Assembly: GCA_963843975.1 (NCBI GenBank)
Contig: CAWJMG010000003.1
Location: 2,010,001-2,042,000 of the forward strand
Length of the DNA stretch: 32,000 nt
Reading direction: 5' to 3'
Source: an uncultured Actinomycetes bacterium
GTDB taxonomy: Bacteria; Actinomycetota; Actinomycetes; S36-B12; CAIYMF01
A model generated the notes under the pieces. The model was given only the letters and a program-made list of their open reading frames with translations, had not been told where the DNA came from and searched no databases. Below are positions 8,912-16,658 of the stretch, piece by piece. The stretch's first letter is position 1, and each line of letters starts with the position of its first letter. The translations under genes were made by a program, and so were the position numbers.

Positions 8912-9922
8912 TCAGCTCAGGCGGACGCGCGGATCGACCACGCCGTAGAGGACGTCGACGACGATGTTGGCCACGACGATGAACAGGGCTGCCACGATCG
9001 TGACACCCATGATCACCGGCAGGTCCTGCTTGGCGATGGCGTCGATCGCGAGATAGCCGAGGCCGGGGAGGCTGAAGACCTTCTCGGTCAGGATCGCGCC
9101 GCCGAGCAGGGCGCCGACGTCGAGGCCGAAGATGGTGATGATCGGCGTGAGCGCCGCGCGCAGCGCGTGCTTGCTGATCACCTTCCGGCGCGAGAGGCCC
9201 TTGGCCACCGCGGTGCGGATGTAGTCCTCGGACATCGTGTCGAGCATGTTGGCGCGCGTGAGACGCGCGTAGAGAGCGGCGTAGAGGAACGCCAGGGCGA
9301 CCCACGGGAGGATCAGCGCCTGGAACCAGAGGTACGGGTTCTCGGTGAACGGTGTCCACGACGGTGGTGGGAGGAACCGGACAGGCCCGTAGACGAAGAC
9401 GTAGAGCAGCACCAGACCCGTGAAGTAGACCGGTAGCGAGACGCCGGCGAGCGCCGTGATCATCGCTATTCGGTCGACCAGCGTCCCTCGTTTGAGCGCC
9501 GACAGGATGCCGACGGACAGGCCGAAGATCAGCCAGAGGATCGCGGCGCCTAGAGCCAGCGACAGCGTGACCGGGAAGCGGTCCTTGATGAGGTCCCAGA
9601 CCGGGGCCTGGTAGCGGAACGAGTAGCCGAAGCAGGGGGCGGGGCACGGGCGGGTGCCGTCAGCGGTGCCGTCGCTGAAGTCGCGGCCGACGACGATGCC
9701 CTTCATGTACTGGGCGTACTGCGTGACCAGCGGCTGGTCGAGGCCGAAGCTCTTCTCGATGGCAGCCACGAGCTCGGGCGTCGGGTTCTTGCCCACGTAG
9801 AGGTAGGCAGGACTCGAGCCGGTGATCTTCGGGCCGATCGAGAACAGGAAGAACGTCACGAGACTGACGATGAACAGCACGACCACAGCTCCGAGGAGCC
9901 GTCGGATGATGTACCGGAACAT
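8912..9922 (-). CDS. ABC transporter permease (DppB/OppB type)
   Basis: Typical N-terminus MFRYIIRRLLGAVVVLFIVSLVTFFLF, EAA-like loop YIRTAVAKGLSRRKVISKHALRAAL, six hydrophobic spans. GGAGGG lies 3 nt before the ATG. Confidence 0.92.
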   Translation of the reverse strand: MFRYIIRRLLGAVVVLFIVSLVTFFLFSIGPKITGSSPAYLYVGKNPTPELVAAIEKSFGLDQPLVTQYAQYMKGIVVGRDFSDGTADGTRPCPAPCFGYSFRYQAPVWDLIKDRFPVTLSLALGAAILWLIFGLSVGILSALKRGTLVDRIAMITALAGVSLPVYFTGLVLLYVFVYGPVRFLPPPSWTPFTENPYLWFQALILPWVALAFLYAALYARLTRANMLDTMSEDYIRTAVAKGLSRRKVISKHALRAALTPIITIFGLDVGALLGGAILTEKVFSLPGLGYLAIDAIAKQDLPVIMGVTIVAALFIVVANIVVDVLYGVVDPRVRLS

Positions 9923-9934
9923 GTGCCCTCCGCA

Positions 9935-9973
9935 GGGTGTGGCCGACAGGAGTATCTCCTGCCGGCCACACCC
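9935..9973 (-). promoter_or_regulatory. intercistronic stem-loop just downstream of the SBP gene (17 bp plus one A/C mismatch, 3-nt loop), next to an AT-rich CTAACTG/CTAACTAG stretch
   Basis: GGGTGTGGCCGACAGGAG (9935-9952) pairs with CTCCTGCCGGCCACACCC (9956-9973). It lies between the SBP stop (10012) and the permease start (9922), the usual place for a stabiliser or partial terminator that raises SBP over membrane components. Confidence 0.5.
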
Positions 9974-10011
9974 GCGTGTTGATGTGGAGCTAACTGCTAA
10001 CTAGGACGAGG

Positions 10012-11766
10012 TCACTTGCCGCCGGTACCGACGTTGACGTAGTCGTAGTAGTTGCCCACGCCACCGTTGAGGTAGATGTTCGTGAGGCGGGGGTTGCGGT
10101 AGTAGAAGGTCTTGTCGAACTGGACCGGCAGGTACACCGCGTTCGACATGACCTGCTGGTCGAGCTGAGTCGCGAGGTCCTTCGCCTTGGCGGCGTCGCC
10201 CTCCTTGGTCAGCTGGTCGAGCAGGTCGTTGACCTTCGGGTCGTTGAGCGACGGGTAGTTCGAGTTGCCCTCGGGGAGGATTGCGTTCCCGTTGGCGATC
10301 GACTGCCAGAAGCCGTAGGCGGTCGGGAAGTCAGCACCCCAACCGGCGACAGCAACACCGATCTTCTGGTCGATGATGTTCTTCGGCGAACCGATCCAGG
10401 TCGAGTAGTAGCTCGAACCGTCGTTCGGCGCGGAGCCGATCTTGATGCCGATGCGGCCGAGGTTCTGCTGCACCGAGGCGAACAGGTCCGGACCGACGCC
10501 GGAGTTCACGTACGCCATGTTGATGTTGAAGCCGTTCGGCTGGCCGCACTCGGCGAGCTTGGCCTTGGCACCCTCGATGTCGCCCGTGTTGTCAGCACCG
10601 CTGGGGTACGGGTTGAAGTTGGGGTCGTAGCCCGGAACGATCGGCGGGGTCATCGTGTTGGCGATGTCGCCACCGGTGTCGCCACCGCGGATCTTGCGGT
10701 AGTCCGCCTTGTTGAAGGCCAGGAAGATCGCCTCGCGGCAGGCCTTGTTCGTCAGCGGCTCGACGGTCTGCATCACCGCGATGTAGCGGGTGAAGCCCGT
10801 CACCGGGTTGTCGGCGTTGGCCTTCTTGGTGGCGTCCGCGAGGACAGTTGCACGGCTCTCGGGGAGCAGACCGCCGTCGGCGACGAGGTCGATGTCACCA
10901 GCGAGGACGCGCTTGTCGAGGTCGGCCGGCTCGCCCACGATCGTGAGGGTGACCTTGTCGACGAGCGGCGTACGGATGGTGTCCGTGGCCTGGTCCCAGT
11001 TGGTGTTGCGCGACCAGGTCGTGCCCTTGCTGGGCTCGAACGAGTCGATCTTGAAGGGGCCGGACGAGAACGGCTTCTTGCCGTAGTCGGCCTTCGTGTC
11101 CTTCGACGCCGGGACCGGAGCACCGGTCGGGAGCGCCATGAGGAAGTCGAAGTCCGCGAACGGCTTGTTCAGCTTGAACGTGATGGTCTTGTCGTCCGGC
11201 GTGGTGACCGAGGGAAGGTCGCCGTTCGGGTCCGCGTAGGGGCCCTTGTAGGTGCCGTCGTCAAGAAGGCTGGTGAAGTACGACGACGGGCCGCCGTTGA
11301 TGACGTCGGTCGCGAACAGACGCTGGATCGCGTACTTCACGTCCTTGGACGTGATCGCGCTGCCGTCCTCCCACTTCACGCCGTCCTTCAGCGTGTAGGT
11401 CCACTCCGTCTTGTCGGCGTTCGAGGCGCCGGCGGCGGTCGCGAGGTCGGGAACGACAGCGGTGCCCTTCGCGCCCGGCTCGGGGGCGAAGCCCATGAGC
11501 GAGCGCGTGAACATGCGCTGGATGTCCCAGCAGTACGCGTAGTAGGTACGGGCAGGGTCGTACGAGTCGCAGTCAGAGCTGGCGCCGAGCTTCAGCGTGC
11601 CGCCCTTGACGTCTGACGGGTTGACCTTCGCGCTGACCGCAGCGTTGAAGCCGCTGGACGGGGCAGCAGTGTCGCTGCTTCCCGAACCGCCGCCACAGGC
11701 AGCGAGAACAAGCGCGGCGGCAGCGCCGACAGCCGCGATCGCAGTCGCGCGTCGAGTGTTCGCCAT
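10012..11766 (-). CDS. ABC transporter substrate-binding lipoprotein, family 5 (peptide/nickel type)
   Basis: Lipoprotein signal MANTRRATAIAAVGAAAALVLAACGGGS (lipobox LAAC). Size (~584 aa) and sequence pattern fit family-5 SBPs. I chose ATG at 11766 because GAGGAGAAGG lies 8-10 nt upstream; the track start GTG 11778 abuts that SD. Confidence 0.9.
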   Translation of the reverse strand: MANTRRATAIAAVGAAAALVLAACGGGSGSSDTAAPSSGFNAAVSAKVNPSDVKGGTLKLGASSDCDSYDPARTYYAYCWDIQRMFTRSLMGFAPEPGAKGTAVVPDLATAAGASNADKTEWTYTLKDGVKWEDGSAITSKDVKYAIQRLFATDVINGGPSSYFTSLLDDGTYKGPYADPNGDLPSVTTPDDKTITFKLNKPFADFDFLMALPTGAPVPASKDTKADYGKKPFSSGPFKIDSFEPSKGTTWSRNTNWDQATDTIRTPLVDKVTLTIVGEPADLDKRVLAGDIDLVADGGLLPESRATVLADATKKANADNPVTGFTRYIAVMQTVEPLTNKACREAIFLAFNKADYRKIRGGDTGGDIANTMTPPIVPGYDPNFNPYPSGADNTGDIEGAKAKLAECGQPNGFNINMAYVNSGVGPDLFASVQQNLGRIGIKIGSAPNDGSSYYSTWIGSPKNIIDQKIGVAVAGWGADFPTAYGFWQSIANGNAILPEGNSNYPSLNDPKVNDLLDQLTKEGDAAKAKDLATQLDQQVMSNAVYLPVQFDKTFYYRNPRLTNIYLNGGVGNYYDYVNVGTGGK

Positions 11767-11855
11767 GAACGAATCCACCTTCTCCTCAGGGTGGTCACCG
11801 GGGCCGTCGGATGACGGTCTCGGGCTCCCCGGCCTCCCGCCGGGGAAGTTGTGGG

Positions 11856-11873
11856 GGGCGGTCTAGACCGCCC
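11856..11873 (-). promoter_or_regulatory. perfect 18-nt palindrome GGGCGGTCTAGACCGCCC 10 nt downstream of the first permease gene
   Basis: Read directly from the sequence. A second 7-bp hairpin lies at 11827-11845 (CCCCGGC/GCCGGGG). Both sit in the 116-nt gap between the DppC-type permease stop (11883) and the SBP start (11766). Confidence 0.4.
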
Positions 11874-11882
11874 GGACCAAGG

Positions 11883-12872
11883 TCACTGGGTGCCCTTGGG
11901 GTCGAACGCGTCGCGCAGTCCGTCTCCGAAGAGGTTGAACGCGAGGACGCACAGGAAGATCGCCATGCCCGGCACGGCCATGTAGAAGGGCACGAGCTGG
12001 AAGGAGCTGATCGAGCTGGACAGCATCTGGCCCCAGGTGGGGGTCGGAGGCTGGAGGCCGACGCCGAGGAACGACAGCGCTGCCTCGGCGAGGATGTTGC
12101 TCGGGATGATCAGCGTCGAGTAGACGAGGATGATCGGGAGCAGGTTCGGCAGGAGCTCCTTGAACAGGATGCGGTTGGTCGGCGCGCCGATGCTCCGGGC
12201 GGCGTCGACGAACTCCTTCTCGCGCAGCGAGAGGACCTGTCCTCGGATGATGCGGCCGATATAGGGCCACCCGAAGAAGCCGATGACGAACGTGATGAAC
12301 AGGACCTGGTAGATCACGTTCTCGCGGTACCAGTCGGTGAGGCCGACGATGACCAGCGCGGCGATCGAGAACAGCAGGACCGGGAACGCCAGCAGGATGT
12401 CCATGCTGCGGCTGATGAGCGTGTCGAGCCAGCCGCCGCGGAAGCCCGCGACGATGCCGGCGACGACGCCGAGGACGACCGTGAGGATCGTGGCGAGCAG
12501 CGCGATGATCAGCGAGTAGCGGGCGCCGTAGACGATGCGGGCGAAGATGTCGCGGCCGAGGCGGGGCTCCACGCCGAGCGGGTGCTCCCACGAGGCGCCG
12601 GCCCACGGACCCTTGGGGAAGCCCAGGTCGTCCAGCTGGTCGGTGTTCGTCGAGAACGGGTCGACGTTGAAGATCCGGCACAGGAGCGGCGCGAAGATCG
12701 CGATCAGGATGAAGATGATGATCATCGCGGCGCCGACGAGCGCGACCTTGTCCTGACGCAGCCGGCCCCAGGCGATCGCGCCGAGCGAGCGGCCCGCGAT
12801 CTCGGGGGTCGCGTCGGCAACAGCCGGGGCCTCCGCGCTGGCGCGGGGGTCGGTGTCGAGAGGCACGGTCAT
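11883..12872 (-). CDS. ABC transporter permease (DppC/OppC type)
   Basis: 329 aa. N-terminal cytoplasmic stretch then GAIAWGRLRQDKVALVGAAMIIIFILIAIF (OppC N-terminal pattern), EAA-like loop FVDAARSIGAPTNRILFKELLPN. It is the first gene of the minus-strand operon. Confidence 0.9.
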   Translation of the reverse strand: MTVPLDTDPRASAEAPAVADATPEIAGRSLGAIAWGRLRQDKVALVGAAMIIIFILIAIFAPLLCRIFNVDPFSTNTDQLDDLGFPKGPWAGASWEHPLGVEPRLGRDIFARIVYGARYSLIIALLATILTVVLGVVAGIVAGFRGGWLDTLISRSMDILLAFPVLLFSIAALVIVGLTDWYRENVIYQVLFITFVIGFFGWPYIGRIIRGQVLSLREKEFVDAARSIGAPTNRILFKELLPNLLPIILVYSTLIIPSNILAEAALSFLGVGLQPPTPTWGQMLSSSISSFQLVPFYMAVPGMAIFLCVLAFNLFGDGLRDAFDPKGTQ

Positions 12873-13173
12873 GGAGAACCTGTTGCCTTCCTGTCTGGTT
12901 CCGGGAAGACCTGTCGTTCCCGAGGGCAGAGTGCGGACGATTGCCGGGGTGACCGGTTCATCCCCAACCCCTGGGACCTCGGGAAACCTATGTCATCCCA
13001 ACGAACGGATGAAGCCACGCTCACCCCCGTGATCGGATCGTGACCGGACCGGTGCGGATCGGGACCATTCCGACATAACCGTGGCATCTGTCTGTGACGA
13101 ACCGGCCCGCGAACGGCCCGGATCGTGACGTGCGTCACCGTATCGCCGCAGGTCGGCACGTGCGTCGGAACGA
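12873..13173 (-). promoter_or_regulatory. about 300-nt non-coding leader/promoter region of the ABC importer operon, visibly lower GC, containing a 6-2-6 palindrome GTGACGTGCGTCAC (13125-13138)
   Basis: No ORF here has GC-biased third positions; the 96-aa track ORF 12869..13159 is full of A/T-ending codons. The region lies between the typA terminator hairpin and the permease ATG at 12872. I could not place the exact promoter. Confidence 0.4.
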
Positions 13174-13207
13174 AGAAGAGCCCGCGACCGGGGTCGCGGG
13201 CTCTTCT
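13174..13207 (-). terminator. typA terminator hairpin (about 15-bp stem)
   Basis: AAGAAGAGCCCGCGACC / GGTCGCGGGCTCTTCTT, 20 nt downstream of the typA stop (13227). On the minus strand it is followed by TCGTTCC, only a weak U-tract. Confidence 0.65.
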
Positions 13208-13226
13208 CGGGTGTTCCGGGGGCTGC

Positions 13227-15116
13227 TCAGCCCTTCTTGGCGCGGGCTGCGGAGCGGCCGCGCTCGGTCTGGTCGAGGACGACCTTGCGGATGCGCACCG
13301 TGGAGGGGGTGACCTCCATGCACTCGTCCTCGCGGCAGAACTCGAGCGCCTGCTCCATCGACATCTGCTTGTGCGGGATGAGCGGCACGAGGACGTCCGA
13401 GGAGGACTGACGCATGTTCGTCAGCTTCTTCTCCTTGGTCGGGTTGACGTCCATGTCGTCCTGGCGCGAGTTCTCGCCGACGATCATGCCCTCGTAGACC
13501 TCGGTGCCCGGGCCGATGAACAGCGTGCCGCGCTCCTGGAGGTTGGCCAGGGCGAAGCCGGTGGTCGGGCCGCGGCGGTCGGCAACCAGCGAGCCCGTCG
13601 GGCGGGTGCGGAGCTCGCCGTGCCACGGCTCGTACTTGTGGAACACGTGGTGCAGGAGGCCAGTGCCGCGGGTCTCGGTCAGGAACTCGGTGCGGAAGCC
13701 GATGAGGCCGCGCGCGGGCACGACGTACTCCATGCGGACCCAGCCGGTGCCGTGGTTGACCATCTGCTCCATGCGGCCCTTGCGCAGGGCCATGAGCTGG
13801 GTGACGACGCCGAGGTAGTCCTCGGGGATGTCGACGGTCAGGGCCTCCATCGGCTCGTGGACCTTGCCGTCGACGAGCCTGGTGACGACCTGGGGCTTGC
13901 CGACGGTGAGCTCGAAGCCCTCGCGGCGCATGATCTCGACGAGGATCGCGAGCTGGAGCTCGCCGCGGCCCTGCACCTCCCAGGTGTCGGGGCGCTCGGT
14001 CGGGACCATCCGGATCGACACGTTGCCGACGAGCTCGGCCTCGAGGCGGTTCTTCACCAGGCGGGCGGTGAGCTTGTTGCCGCTCTGGCCGGCGAGCGGC
14101 GAGGTGTTGATGCCGATCGTCATGGAGATCGACGGCTCGTCGACCGTGATGAGCGGCAGCGGACGGGGGTCGTCGATGTCGGTGAGGGTCTCGCCGATCG
14201 TGATCTCCTCGATGCCGGCGATGGCGACGATCTCGCCGGGGCCGGCGGAGTCGGCCGGCACCCGCTCGAGAGCCTGGGTGATGAGGAGCTCGGCGATCTT
14301 CGCGCGGGTGATGGTGCCGTCGTGGCGCGCCCAGGCGACCTGCTGACCCTTCTTGAGCGTGCCGTTGTGGATGCGGCAGAGCGCGAGACGGCCGAGGTAC
14401 GGCGAGGAGTCGAGGTTCGTGACGTGGGCCTGCAGCGGCATCTCGGGGTCGTAGTGCGGCGCGGGCACGGTGTCGAGGATCGTCCTGAAGAGCGGGATCA
14501 GGTTCTCGCTGTCCGGCATGCCGCCGTCCTCGGGACGGTTGAGCGAGGCGCGACCAGCCTTGGCGCTGGCGTACACGACCGGGAACTCGATCTGCTCGGC
14601 CGTGGCGTCGAGGTCGAAGAACAGCTCGTACGTCTCGTCGACGACCTCGGCGATGCGGGCGTCGGGACGGTCGACCTTGTTGACGACCAGGATGACGGGG
14701 AGGTTCTTCTGCAGCGCCTTGCGCAGCACGAAGCGGGTCTGCGGGAGCGGGCCCTCGCTGGCGTCGACGAGCAGGAGCACGGCGTCGACCATCTCGAGGC
14801 CGCGCTCGACCTCACCGCCGAAGTCGGCGTGACCGGGGGTGTCGATGATGTTGATGAGCACGCCGCCCTCGGGAGAACCGGGTCCGACGTACCGGACCGT
14901 CGTGTTCTTCGCGAGGATCGTGATGCCCTTCTCGCGCTCGAGGTCCATGGAGTCCATGACCCGCTCCTTCACGGAGCCCTCGTCGGCCTGGTGGGCGGTG
15001 AACGCACCCGACTGCCAGAGCATGGCGTCGACGAGCGTGGTCTTGCCGTGGTCGACGTGCGCGATGATCGCGACGTTGCGCAGATCGTGACGGACGGCAG
15101 GGCCGGGCGTGGACAT
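13227..15116 (-). CDS. typA: translational GTPase TypA/BipA
   Basis: 629 aa. G1 [14 protein letters not shown]3 [13 protein letters not shown]4 NKVDR, and an EF-G-like domain order with the TypA-specific C-terminal domain. Confidence 0.97.
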   Translation of the reverse strand: MSTPGPAVRHDLRNVAIIAHVDHGKTTLVDAMLWQSGAFTAHQADEGSVKERVMDSMDLEREKGITILAKNTTVRYVGPGSPEGGVLINIIDTPGHADFGGEVERGLEMVDAVLLLVDASEGPLPQTRFVLRKALQKNLPVILVVNKVDRPDARIAEVVDETYELFFDLDATAEQIEFPVVYASAKAGRASLNRPEDGGMPDSENLIPLFRTILDTVPAPHYDPEMPLQAHVTNLDSSPYLGRLALCRIHNGTLKKGQQVAWARHDGTITRAKIAELLITQALERVPADSAGPGEIVAIAGIEEITIGETLTDIDDPRPLPLITVDEPSISMTIGINTSPLAGQSGNKLTARLVKNRLEAELVGNVSIRMVPTERPDTWEVQGRGELQLAILVEIMRREGFELTVGKPQVVTRLVDGKVHEPMEALTVDIPEDYLGVVTQLMALRKGRMEQMVNHGTGWVRMEYVVPARGLIGFRTEFLTETRGTGLLHHVFHKYEPWHGELRTRPTGSLVADRRGPTTGFALANLQERGTLFIGPGTEVYEGMIVGENSRQDDMDVNPTKEKKLTNMRQSSSDVLVPLIPHKQMSMEQALEFCREDECMEVTPSTVRIRKVVLDQTERGRSAARAKKG

Positions 15117-16516
15117 GGGTGACCTCGGGGTCGAAGACGGGGAATCGGGCCCAGTCTACCGGCGCGAAGACCCTCCCCCGACCGCCCAGATCTGCCCCTT
15201 AGGGTCGAAAAGCGCCCTTCAAGGGCACTTTTCGACCCTAAGGGGCAGAAAAACTGCAGGGTGGTGTGCTGGTCGAAGCCTTCGGCGGTGGGCGCGTAGG
15301 CCACGCGTACGGCGCCGAGCGCTGAGAGATCGGCCACGTGGGTGCCGCCGCAGGGGATCACCGCGGGGCCGCCGGGGACGTCGCAGACCCAGCGCCGCCG
15401 GGCCGAGAGGGTCGGGTCGCCGTCGGTCTCGAGCCGGCTCACCGCGCCGTCCGCCACCCATGCGTCGAGCAGGGCGTGCGCGTCGCCCGCCACGTCGTCG
15501 AGGGCCCCCAGGAACGACGCGGAGTCGAACCCGGCCTTGCGCAGCGACTTGCCGCAGCGGTAGGCGTCGTAGGCCGCATCGGGCTCGATGCGCGACACCT
15601 GGATCGCGATCTGGTCGAGGAACGGGAACCCGCGCGAGTCTCGCCGCGGCGGCTCCTTGGTCCAGAACCGCGCGCTCGCCTCGTTGAGGGCCAGCGCCGC
15701 CAGGTGGCAGGCCGAGTGCCCCCGCGAGTACGACGTCCGCCGCGTCAGGTCGACCGCGAGCGCCACCGTCTCCCCCGGGCCCGGGACGTCCGAGCCCGCC
15801 TCGAGCAGGTGGACGACGACCCACGTGCGGCTGGGGTCGCCTCGGCGCACGTCGACCGCCTCGCCGAGCAGCAGCGCCCCCTCGTCGTCGATCGCACCCA
15901 TGACGGAGTCGACGACGACCGTGCCGGCGAGAACGCCGGTGTCGCCCGGCTGGTCGGGCCAGCTGTGGTCGAGCGGGTGGAACGGCGTCCGGTCGACGAC
16001 GACCGCCACCCGTCCGTCGTCCTGGACGTCGGCGCGCACCACGACGCCCGACCCCTCGACCGCGCCGGCCGGGAAGTCGACCCACGAGTCGATCCGCGCG
16101 GCCGCAGCAGCAGCGGGGGCGACGTCGGGTGCGAGCCACGCGACCTCGCCGAGCTCGCGCGGCCCCAGCCAGCGGAGGTCGTCGTGGGCGATGCCGGCGG
16201 CGGGGTCGCCCCGCTCGATCCGGGCGCGCAGCACCCGCAGCACCGATCGGTCGTCGAGCGGCCAGTCGCCGCCGTCGGGCCCCGCGACCGAGCCGACGAC
16301 CTCGACGTCGACGGCGAGCTCCTCCCGGATCTCGCGCACGAGCGCATGAGCCGGGTCCTCCCCCGGCTCGACCTTGCCTCCGGGCAGCTCCCAGCCGCCT
16401 GCCAGCGCCTCGGGCCTCGACCGCCGCGCGGCGAGGATCCGGCCGCGGCTCTCGATCGCTGCGGCGACCACCACGCGGCGTCCGTCTGCGGTCACGTGAG
16501 TCGAGGCGTCGTCCAT
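14969..16516 (-). CDS. Nudix hydrolase (MutT-like) fused to an AlaX-like tRNA-editing (Thr/Ala-tRNA synthetase second additional) domain; the 3' end is anomalous
   Basis: Nudix box [24 protein letters not shown]. AlaX-type motifs TPFHPLDH (HxxxH), [13 protein letters not shown] and CGGTHV (CxxxH). I chose ATG at 16516 (MDDASTHV). The frame stays open through the palindrome to 14969, so the last ~94 codons are Arg/Ser/Pro-rich and overlap typA by 148 nt. The biological C-terminus is uncertain. Confidence 0.75.
   Translation of the reverse strand: MDDASTHVTADGRRVVVAAAIESRGRILAARRSRPEALAGGWELPGGKVEPGEDPAHALVREIREELAVDVEVVGSVAGPDGGDWPLDDRSVLRVLRARIERGDPAAGIAHDDLRWLGPRELGEVAWLAPDVAPAAAAAARIDSWVDFPAGAVEGSGVVVRADVQDDGRVAVVVDRTPFHPLDHSWPDQPGDTGVLAGTVVVDSVMGAIDDEGALLLGEAVDVRRGDPSRTWVVVHLLEAGSDVPGPGETVALAVDLTRRTSYSRGHSACHLAALALNEASARFWTKEPPRRDSRGFPFLDQIAIQVSRIEPDAAYDAYRCGKSLRKAGFDSASFLGALDDVAGDAHALLDAWVADGAVSRLETDGDPTLSARRRWVCDVPGGPAVIPCGGTHVADLSALGAVRVAYAPTAEGFDQHTTLQFFCPLGSKSALEGRFSTLRGRSGRSGEGLRAGRLGPIPRLRPRGHPCPRPALPSVTICATSRSSRTSTTARPRSSTPCSGSRVRSPPTRPTRAP
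15191..15249. repeat. 59-nt near-perfect inverted repeat (26 of 27 positions pair, 5-nt loop TTCAA)
   Basis: TCTGCCCCTTAGGGTCGAAAAGCGCCC ttcaa GGGCACTTTTCGACCCTAAGGGGCAGA with a single C/A mismatch (15213/15227). It is AT-richer than its flanks. It lies 74 nt upstream of the typA ATG and inside the 3' tail of the Nudix-AlaX ORF. Confidence 0.9.
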
Positions 16517-16658
16517 GCCGCGACTCTGCCAGAGGTGCCGGACGCAACCCGGGGAGGTGTCTCTCCCACCACGTCGTCCGCCGAGACTCCGCGTGCCGTT
16601 CAGCGGACGCTCGGGGCGTAGGTCACTCATCGTCGAGTGGCAGTAACCGGAGGTAACC

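Noticed and set aside
12869-13159. 96-aa minus-strand ORF whose stop overlaps the permease ATG (ATGA), considered as a possible leader peptide or small gene.
   Set aside because: Many codons end in A/T (aga, tta, tgt, aat, ata, caa, gaa, aca, tct), unlike every credible gene here. The product has no hydrophobic or structured pattern. I treat it as non-coding leader.
15109-15687. 192-aa plus-strand ORF that also reads through the palindrome ([21 protein letters not shown]).
   Set aside because: The peptide similarity to the minus-strand reading is a trivial result of the inverted repeat. The rest of the ORF is Arg/Pro-rich antisense to the AlaX-like domain.
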